From Eledone cirrhosa (taxonomy: Eukaryota), in assembly GCA_964016885.1 (NCBI GenBank), contig OZ024743.1, forward strand, positions 87,668,001-87,732,000: 64,000 nt of DNA. The letters are read 5' to 3'. The position numbers and the translations under genes were made by a program. The notes below the pieces were generated by a model that saw nothing but the letters and a program-made list of their open reading frames with translations, did no database searches and had not been told where the DNA came from. Position 1 is the stretch's first letter. Each line of letters starts with the position of its first letter. Below are positions 55,661-64,000 of the stretch, piece after piece.

Positions 55661-55985
55661 ATCAATTTATCTTAATTGCGGAATTTCTAGTTTGAAAGAG
55701 GCAAGCCAGTCCCTTCACTTCCTTATACACTCTATATAGCCTTTGTTGTCCTTTCTCTTCATTTTTCTTTAGTTTTCTAATATTTTCAGCTTTTGTTTTA
55801 TGTTTGTTTTAGGTTTTCTTTTGTTTTGTTTTCAGTAATTTTCATTCTGCGTTCTTTGTGGTGAGCTGGCAGAGCTGGTTGAGCGCCAGATAAAATGTCA
55901 TTGCGTTATTTATTCAGAGTTCAAATCGTACCAAGCTCAACGTTGCCTTTTATTCGTCCGATTTTGATAAAATTATAGTACCACT

Positions 55986-56296
55986 CAGTTTTGGATTTAG
56001 ACGTTGAGGGACCCGGGGAACTTCAGGTTTAGAGGGCTTCTCATACACACAAAATTATAATACAAAGCAAAACCCCTAATTTTACATATCAAAGTTAGCT
56101 TGGCGCAAATAATTTGAATTGGAAAAGTTATACATACAGTATTACATTTTAAAAATTCTAACCATCCTAAAACCAAAATGCCCAGCTGAAGGCACAAATA
56201 TATTGCTACGGCCATCGCTGATGGGAATGCCCCTCCCGCCGCTGCAGGGGGCCCGGGGCAATTACCCGCTTTACACCCCAAAAAAATCCGGCCGTG
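55986..56296. mobile_element. hAT-like MITE nested in a tRNA-SINE (55859-56372)
   Basis: Termini CAGTTTTGGATTT / AAATCCGGCCGTG; 8-bp TSD GTACCACT / GTATCGCT; the SINE resumes on both sides. Confidence 0.65.
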
Positions 56297-56634
56297 GTAT
56301 CGCTCAAGTACTTGGGTTGATTCAATCGACTTTGTTCTTATGGCAAATTTGCTGGCCTTGTTTCGAAATTAAGATTCAATATTTCCAGTTGGTGTTGCTA
56401 TTGTTGTTGTTGTGTCGCGCTGAATCTCTTTGATTATCACGTTAAGGGTACATGTGTCTGTGGAATGTTAGTCCCACTGGATGTTAATTTCACTAGCAGG
56501 TTGATCCGGAAGTCCATTTTCCTCCATTTCATCTTCACCTAGTTCAGAACTATACAGATTTCCTTGGTAAATATTTACCAAGGAAATCTACAAAGTGGGA
56601 AGAGAGGGAGAGAGACAGAAAGAAAGAGAGATAG

Positions 56635-56722
<88 letters not shown>

Positions 56723-56776
56723 GCAGATAGACAGACAGACAGACAGACAGACGGATAAATAGATAGATAGATAGAT

Positions 56777-58338
56777 AAATTTCTTTATTAGCCACAAGGG
56801 CACAAAAGAAGGGGACAAATACAAATGGGGAGTTTACATACAGGTATATGAAAATAAAACTATTAATAAAATAACAAATAACAATTGATATCCAATAGGG
56901 GGGAGATGTTACACAGGGGTTGTACACACCCCGAATAAATGTACAACCCTCATCTCCAGGAGCACCAAGAGTGAGTAATCCCTTCCTCTCTTCCTCTTTT
57001 TCCTCAACCTACAGGCTTATATAGAGAGAAGGCCCAACCACTCGGGCCATCTTTGTCACATTCACCCACCTTTTATAAAATTTGCTGGGGTACAGCACCT
57101 CTCTCTCCATCCTCATTCTTCTTCCAAAATGATATTTGAAAAAACGAATCAGTTGCTCGCCGGAGAGAAAGGTGCCTGACCTCAGCCTTTTTAACCTCGT
57201 CCACCATATAACCTCTTTCACCATAGCCATAACACATAGGAAAACCGCCTCTTCCTCGTTTTTGAAGGAGGGTGGCGGTTTGATCATGACAGTGGACTCG
57301 GTGGTCAACCGGATTGGTCCCACCCGCGACAATAGTCGTTCTACATAGCCCCACAGGTCGGTAACGCCCGGGCAGTGTACAAATGCGTGCGCCACGGTTT
57401 CCTCGTCTCGCACGCATCTCGGACAGTTCTTTTTCCAAGGGTCCCTACCCGGGCGCCCGTGTCTGTAGAGCTTGTCTCGAACTGGTAGCACTGCCAGGCC
57501 AGGGACTTTTGGAAGTTGTCCATTGGTCCCGGGGGGAAGGTCCTACCGAACAGACTGGCCAGCTCGTCCTCCTCTACGCCTAGAGTTTCTCCGAGCGTGT
57601 CGTCGCACTTGCTGCGGACCAACCCTCTATAGAATGTCGAAGTGGAGTCTCCACTGATCGCTGAGTCCGTTTGCCAGAGGACTGTGAGCACCTGAGCACA
57701 TTCGATGTGCCAGTCGCCCATTTTCCTCGGTCTTTGCTTGACCCAGGACTGCAGCTCGGTCAGCGAGACGAGTCGTGGGAAGGCTCGCCTCACGAACGGA
57801 GCCCACACCGGTTGTCTGGTGAGGAATACGTGAAGGTGCCACAGCCTGAGCGCGTGTTTGCGCATCGTCAGCCACGGCATCCCCAGCCTTCCGTTTGAAG
57901 GGTGTTGGCAGCAGATGGATCTTCTCACCAAAGGAGCCCGTTTCTTCCAAAGGAATTGGAAGAGCGCGCGCTCCATTTTGGTGAGCATTTTGGCTGGACA
58001 AGGTACGACGGTCAAGCGGTAGTAGCTGACGGACGCTATAAAAGTGTTCGCCACCTCCGCTCGACCTTTCAAGGATAGTTTGCCTTCGGCCCACTTCTGG
58101 GTGAGTGCAAACACCTTGACCGTTACCTCTTTCCAGTTCTTCTCCACCTGGAGGTCCGGACCAAACCAGACCCTGAGCAGCTTTACCGGTCCTTCCGTCC
58201 AGCGTCCGACGACGCCATCGGAAGGCATCGGTTTGCCTCTCCACGTTCCGAGTTGCAAACCGACGGATTTGTCTCGGTTCAGCTTCGCTCCTGTGAACCT
58301 TTCGTATTCCTCCAGTAAGGTGCCGCTCTCCCCGATTT
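56777..58338 (-). mobile_element. 5'-truncated Tx1-clade LINE (3' 1.56 kb)
   Basis: QLGTWRGKPMP...WQCY and LPVRDKLYRHG...CPRC align with ORF2; a small deletion near 57490 shifts the frame; (GATA)n on both sides. Confidence 0.92.
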
Positions 58339-58371
58339 AGATAGATAGATAGACAGACAGACACAGAAACA

Positions 58372-58416
<45 letters not shown>

Positions 58417-58504
58417 ATAATAATAAATTTGAAGACTAAAATCCAAAGAGGGCTCGATAAGGATAATTATATATCAAATATATAAGAATCGTAGAGCAAA
58501 TATT

Positions 58505-59538
58505 TATTAAAATAACAGATTAAAGTTTAAGCAAAGAATCGCTGCTTTCACCCTTAACGGAATCTTCTGAAACTAACAAAGTCAATCTGTAAACGCAGAA
58601 GTGGATATTTCAAAAAAACGTTGCAACCGGAGGAAGACAGGAAGACGATACTTTGGTTCGTGGAAACGTTCCCTGGCAAAGAACGGGAAAAAACGAATAT
58701 AATACGTCATTAATAGGAGCGGTGAAAAACAATTACGCGCAAAGACAGAACCACGTTTATGGTATAAAAGAAGTCGTAGACTAATGTTCTCTTAGGTGGT
58801 TCATAGAGACGTTCTCTGGCAATGAACGAAAAAAACGAAGATAATACGTCATATGTGGGGCGTGGAGAACAATTGCACGCAAAGACAAAACCACGTAAAT
58901 GGTATAGCTGAAGTCGTAGACTAAATTTTAACTAGGAAACCGAATGAATCTCCGCTTCAGAGTAAAGAATAAAGTAAATAAATACAATACAGAGGTAATA
59001 GAAATTAAATAAATACATACACGCATGCAAATACGTACATACACAAGCATACGCAAAACACTTGCCATAGGTATACAAAACCACGCACATATAAATATGT
59101 GTGTGTGTGCGTGTATACAAATAAATAAATAATTAAATAAACGTATATAAATAAATAAATACGTATATAACAAGCGCACACACATACCTACATGTAAATA
59201 CACAAATGTTCGGAGACGTAAGTCAACCAAAACATGAAGTACACATAACCACCTAAGAGAACATTAGTCTACGACTTTTTTTATACCATAAACGTGTTTC
59301 TGTCTTTGCACGTAATTGTTTTTCACCGCTCCTATTAATGACGTATTATATTCGTTTTTTCCCGTTTTTTGCCAGGGAACGTTTCCACGAACCAAAGTAT
59401 CGTCTTCCTGTCTTCCTCCGGTTGCAACGTTTTTTTAAATATCCACTTCTGCGTTTACAGTTTGACTTTGTTAGTTTCAGAAGATCCCGTTAAGGGTGAA
59501 AGCAGCGATTCTTTGCTTAAACTTTAATCTGTTATTTT

Positions 59539-59542
<4 letters not shown>
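58505..59542. mobile_element. Fold-back element with ~297-bp inverted arms (terminal fragments also at 4585-4682, 31535-31628, 35813-35850)
   Basis: 58505-58801 vs 59247-59542; internal ~130-bp direct duplication; (TA)n nearby. Confidence 0.75.
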
Positions 59543-59594
<52 letters not shown>

Positions 59595-60331
59595 CAGCAC
59601 AGGGGAATCTTTGAAATGCGTATGTTTTGCTAATTACGGTTTTTATGGGAATACCTGGTTTTTCAACTATCTTAATATTTAATTTGGGCTCTTCAAAATC
59701 TATAAGCTAGTTCGCCTCTTGGGGTTGTGTTGACGAACATTCGGTATTTAGTGCTATATATATAACAAACAATACTGACTTAAGAGAAATATAAATAAAT
59801 AAATAAATAAATAAATATATATATATACACAAGCACAATAACAACAAACACATATAAATACACACTAATAAACTAAGATAGAATACAGTAACCAAAACAC
59901 AGTCACCCAAACTCGAACACGCACACCAAACACTATACACACACACGCAAACGCATGCGCAGAGACGAAGACAAAAATAAATAAATAAACAGATGAAATA
60001 AAAATGGCGTAGACATACAATACAAAAGGAGGAAACATAATAGTACCACTGATGATGTTGCAGATGTGCAACGAAAGAACTTTGTTAGACTATATATATG
60101 TATTTATATCTGTATTTTTGACCGTTGGGCAGTCAGTGATAAACATTGACGGCCAAATGAATTAACTGTGGAGATATAAAAGATACAGAAGCGAAAACCA
60201 ACCAAACAGTGAGTTTGTTCTGTTATTATTCCTAGCAATATTATTACAACAATATGACCCTCCCCAAGTATAACAATATTTGTTTCGACACATGATTTCA
60301 TATCAAAAACCTTGCAAAACAAATTCATCGC

Positions 60332-60389
<58 letters not shown>

Positions 60390-60419
60390 AAAAACCACAG
60401 ACCCTCCATCTCAACTCTA

Positions 60420-60455
60420 CTTTTGAAAAGCAGAAGAACTGCGAAACCGGTAAAG
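60420..60455 (+). ncRNA. Minimal hammerhead with compensatory U3-A8 core
   Basis: CTT-TTGAAAA-GCAG AAGAA CTGC-GAAAC CG GTA-AAG. Confidence 0.65.
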
Positions 60456-60587
60456 GAACCAAATAAATATATATATTTTTAAAAAAAATAAGACTCCAGT
60501 TGCATTTTCGATTTCATCTTTTTTTCTTTATACTTTCACTCGTGTAGGACACCTCGGTTATTTTTCATTTTGTAAAAAAAACCTCAC

Positions 60588-60649
<62 letters not shown>

Positions 60650-61038
60650 TTAAGGATACTATTTATGGTTATGTATATACTAAAACTTTTTATAGTTATA
60701 TATATTTTAAACCCTAAACAGTGAAAGACAGTAATTTATTACTACCTTATTACCAGTAAGATAAATACCTCAATGTAATAACAATGTAATAACATTGAAA
60801 TAATTTTGTTTTAATATGATTTTAATTTTTGAATTTAAATTACCATGCAAAAATATTATAATGGATGTCACCCCACTGTGCATCGATATATACATATGTT
60901 TCTGTATGTCTCTTGTGTTGGAAAGGAGGTCATGTATGTAAACAATCATTGAAAAATTGCTCCGAAGACACCAAACCTCGGTTTGGACGAAACAATTGTA
61001 AGCTAATAAATGGTTTGAACAGAACTTTGATTCATGTG

Positions 61039-61103
<65 letters not shown>

Positions 61104-61176
61104 CATATATATATACACAGTTGATATATATATATACACAGTTGAAAATTGAAAACTTGACTGTCACCACACATTA

Positions 61177-61215
61177 TGAACCTGAAGATTGCGAAAGCAT
61201 GAAAGTACTTGTTCA
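61177..61215 (+). ncRNA. Minimal hammerhead motif
   Basis: TGAAC-CTGAAGA-T TGC GAAA GCA T-GAAAG TA CTT-GTTCA; 5-bp stem I and palindromic stem III. Confidence 0.6.
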
Positions 61216-61370
61216 ATTAACACTTAACATTTAATATTCTACCATACTATTTCATTCTAATACCATTATAAATTTTAAAGGATTGTAAATAAAACGAGTA
61301 AATCAGACAAAGTTGGAATTCCTTTTATTAATATAATCTTCTATACACAATCATACACACCTGTGTATAT

Positions 61371-61544
<174 letters not shown>

Positions 61545-61614
61545 TTGAGGTTGGTAATGGCACATGGAATATATAAGAGACAGAATACTTTTTTGTGAAA
61601 AAACATAATTTTAT

Positions 61615-61634
61615 AAGGTAAGGAAATAATAAAG

Positions 61635-61678
<44 letters not shown>

Positions 61679-61698
61679 CTTTATTATTTCCTTACCTT
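61615..61698. repeat. Perfect palindrome centred on (TA)n
   Basis: AAGGTAAGGAAATAATAAAGGG-(TA)n-CCCTTTATTATTTCCTTACCTT. Confidence 0.9.
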
Positions 61699-62021
61699 GT
61701 AGAGGTGTGCAAATATATTTGTGTGAATGCGTGGGTGAAAGAATACGTACACTTGAAAGAAAAATTTAAGTCTGAATGTTAAGTGTAAACACAAAACCAA
61801 CCACGCATATCTTTACTATCTCTAATCCTTCTATAGATTTAGAAAAATAACCAATAATATATTCCATAAAAAATGTCAAAACAACAGATGGGAATCTAAT
61901 TACTCACTGCCACCAAGAATTCTCACTGCTATCGAAAAACCACTCCTTCAACTATTCTTCTAACAACTTCACCCCTCCCTCCTAATATTCTCTATAAAAA
62001 CTAAATAGGTCCTCAGTAATA

Positions 62022-62138
62022 TTATTCTGATGAAATGACAGTAAATAATAACATTGAAATATTGAATGTCTGCATAACTAAAAGTTTGTAGATAGCTGTT
62101 TTAGGTTATGTAACTGTTATAGAAACACGTGTCAATAA
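62022..62138 (+). ncRNA. Extended-stem-II hammerhead upstream of the Penelope-like ORF
   Basis: TTATT-CTGATGA-88 nt-GAAAC ACGT GTC-AATAA. Confidence 0.6.
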
Positions 62139-62342
62139 ATTCCTTTCAACTAAACTGTATCCATTCAAATCTTTCTATTTTTCTCCGGATTACTTTTGGA
62201 ACTACAACTGGAACCGTCGAGCAAACTCTACGTGAGCTGATAATCTACTGTGTGTAATATTTATATTACAACACAACGGAAAATACTGTATATTTACCTC
62301 CTGTAAAGTCGAGCAACCCACACAGCAAACGCAACCACAACA

Positions 62343-64000
62343 ATGGAAAAACACTACCTGGATATGTCACTCAAAAACATACCAACCCAAGGTAGAAAGG
62401 AATATTTATTGAGCATGATTCAAAAAACTAATGAATTCATTCGACGTGTCAGGTGGAAAACGCTCCACTATGATAGAAGCCGTATGAACTCAACATTAGA
62501 AAGTGGTGTAAACAACAAATTCGGTTTTAGGACTTGTAAAAACCCACCCACCAACCCACTATTAGATGCATTTGAGCAGGACCTTATGAACTTAATCCTT
62601 AAAATTAAATTCAAAGGACGCAACACCAACAGCAAATTACAGAATGATATAAAAAAACTACTGGACGACCTTAAAAACACCAAAGGAATTGTAGTAAAAG
62701 CGGACAAAACATCAAACCTGTACACTATGGATTGCACTACATACAACAACTTCATTCGAAAAGAATTACATAAAAAATATAGAAAAACGAGTGAAGTAAC
62801 CCTTAAGCACATCAATGATGAGGCATGCGAAATAGTGAAAAATCTCGGAATCGAAGATAGGACAGGACCACTCTTACCGGCGGTACCCACCTTCAATCTT
62901 AAGGACCACAAGGTAAACTTTGATAATGACCCTAAAATAAGATTAATCTGCCCCTCTAAATCAGATATAGGTAAAATAAGCAAATATATCTTAGATAGAA
63001 TCATCCCCCAAATTAAGGCTAAGGTTAACATTAAACTCTGGGGGAAGACCCAAGAAGCAATAAGATGGTTTAATAGCATTAGCAATAAGAATAAATCTAA
63101 GTTTATCCAGTTTGATATCGATGAATATTACTCATCGATATCACCTGAAACTTTGAATAGAGCCATTAAGTTTGCTAAGGATAACTCTGACCTTACAAAC
63201 GATGAAATTAAGATTATATTAGAAGCTAGGAAAACTATAGTCAAATTTGAGAACAGTTATTGGGTACGTAAAGATAGACCCTCTAACTTTGACATAACAA
63301 TGGGCTCTAACGATTCGGCGGAAATAACTGATATTGTGGGGTTATTTATCGCCTTTAGACTCCAGGAAAAATTCAGCAATCTCCACGGCGGAATATACCG
63401 CGACGATGTTCTCCTCCTAGCTAAAAACCTTAATAACCAAAAACTAGAAAAACTACGCAAAGATATAAGAAAACTACTACTCGAAATAGGACTAACTATA
63501 ACATATGAATACAACCTTAAAGTAGTTAACTTCCTGGATGTCACACTCAATTTAAACTCTGGTTTGATTAAACCGTTTCATAAATTGAATGAAAATCTCA
63601 AATACGTAAATGTTGGGTCTAACCACCCCATCTCTATAATTAAATCTATCCCTAAAAATATTTCCCTTAGAATCTCGGGTCTATCTTCTAACATACAAGT
63701 ATTTAAGGAACACGCCGAGTACTACGATAACGCCCTTAGTAAAGCAGGCTACCTCAACAAAATAGAGTACATAGATGGGAACAATCAAAACACCCAAAAT
63801 AAATCCCACATAGGTAGATATAATAACACAACACCAAACCACACTTACTACCATAGTATGCACACCAGTAAACCAACAAACAAAACTAATAGAAAGCGAT
63901 GCAAAGAGTACTTATGGTATAACCCCGAATACAATAGCTCCATTAGTACAAATTTACCAGTACTCTTCTTTAAAATAATTAAAAGACATTTTCCCACATC
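62343..64000 (+). CDS. Penelope-like element reverse transcriptase (probably Naiad clade), open to the window end
   Basis: Translated by hand, about 552 codons with no stop: MEKHYLDMSLKNIP...VKADKT...LKDHK...RLICPSKS...QFDIDEYYSSI...TMGSNDSAE...IYRDD...NFLDVTLN...SNHP...WYNPEYN...HFP. Absent from the ORF track, presumably because it has no stop in the window. Confidence 0.93.
   Translation, partial: MEKHYLDMSLKNIPTQGRKEYLLSMIQKTNEFIRRVRWKTLHYDRSRMNSTLESGVNNKFGFRTCKNPPTNPLLDAFEQDLMNLILKIKFKGRNTNSKLQNDIKKLLDDLKNTKGIVVKADKTSNLYTMDCTTYNNFIRKELHKKYRKTSEVTLKHINDEACEIVKNLGIEDRTGPLLPAVPTFNLKDHKVNFDNDPKIRLICPSKSDIGKISKYILDRIIPQIKAKVNIKLWGKTQEAIRWFNSISNKNKSKFIQFDIDEYYSSISPETLNRAIKFAKDNSDLTNDEIKIILEARKTIVKFENSYWVRKDRPSNFDITMGSNDSAEITDIVGLFIAFRLQEKFSNLHGGIYRDDVLLLAKNLNNQKLEKLRKDIRKLLLEIGLTITYEYNLKVVNFLDVTLNLNSGLIKPFHKLNENLKYVNVGSNHPISIIKSIPKNISLRISGLSSNIQVFKEHAEYYDNALSKAGYLNKIEYIDGNNQNTQNKSHIGRYNNTTPNHTYYHSMHTSKPTNKTNRKRCKEYLWYNPEYNSSISTNLPVLFFKIIKRHFPT

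Noticed and set aside
52522-55739. Long His/Pro/Thr-rich ORFs (mucin- or extensin-like)
   Set aside because: Triplet repeat open in every frame, with no unique domain or splice support.
62027-62070. Short hammerhead using the GAAA at ~62057
   Set aside because: Stem I pairs poorly; the distal GAAAC-ACGT-GTC-AATAA fits better.
62468-63863. Minus-strand ORFs here and within 13181-16263
   Set aside because: They are antisense shadows of the RT ORFs.

Overview
Animal genomic DNA, AT-rich and almost entirely repetitive. The tRNA-SINE families and the (TA)n/(CA)n/(GA)n load resemble an octopus/coleoid cephalopod genome (inference). No host gene can be called with confidence, and most long ORFs in the track are microsatellite or minisatellite artefacts. 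Main contents: (1) a nearly intact 5.57-kb Tx1/L1-clade LINE (10830-16399) and two 5'-truncated, diverged relatives, all three inserted at the same TCT^ATC phase of (TATC)n, which suggests a microsatellite-targeting lineage; (2) an uninterrupted Penelope-like (probably Naiad-type) RT ORF from 62343 to the window end, three GIY-YIG remnants, and many short fold-back pseudo-LTR elements carrying hammerhead ribozyme motifs, including forms with 80-90 nt inserted in stem II and a U3-A8 core variant; (3) a ~590-bp non-autonomous RTE derivative in (TATG)n; (4) a deleted Tc1/mariner, hAT-like MITEs, non-autonomous Helitrons, about 16 tRNA-SINEs and large minisatellites. A few unique islands contain weak exon or promoter candidates.
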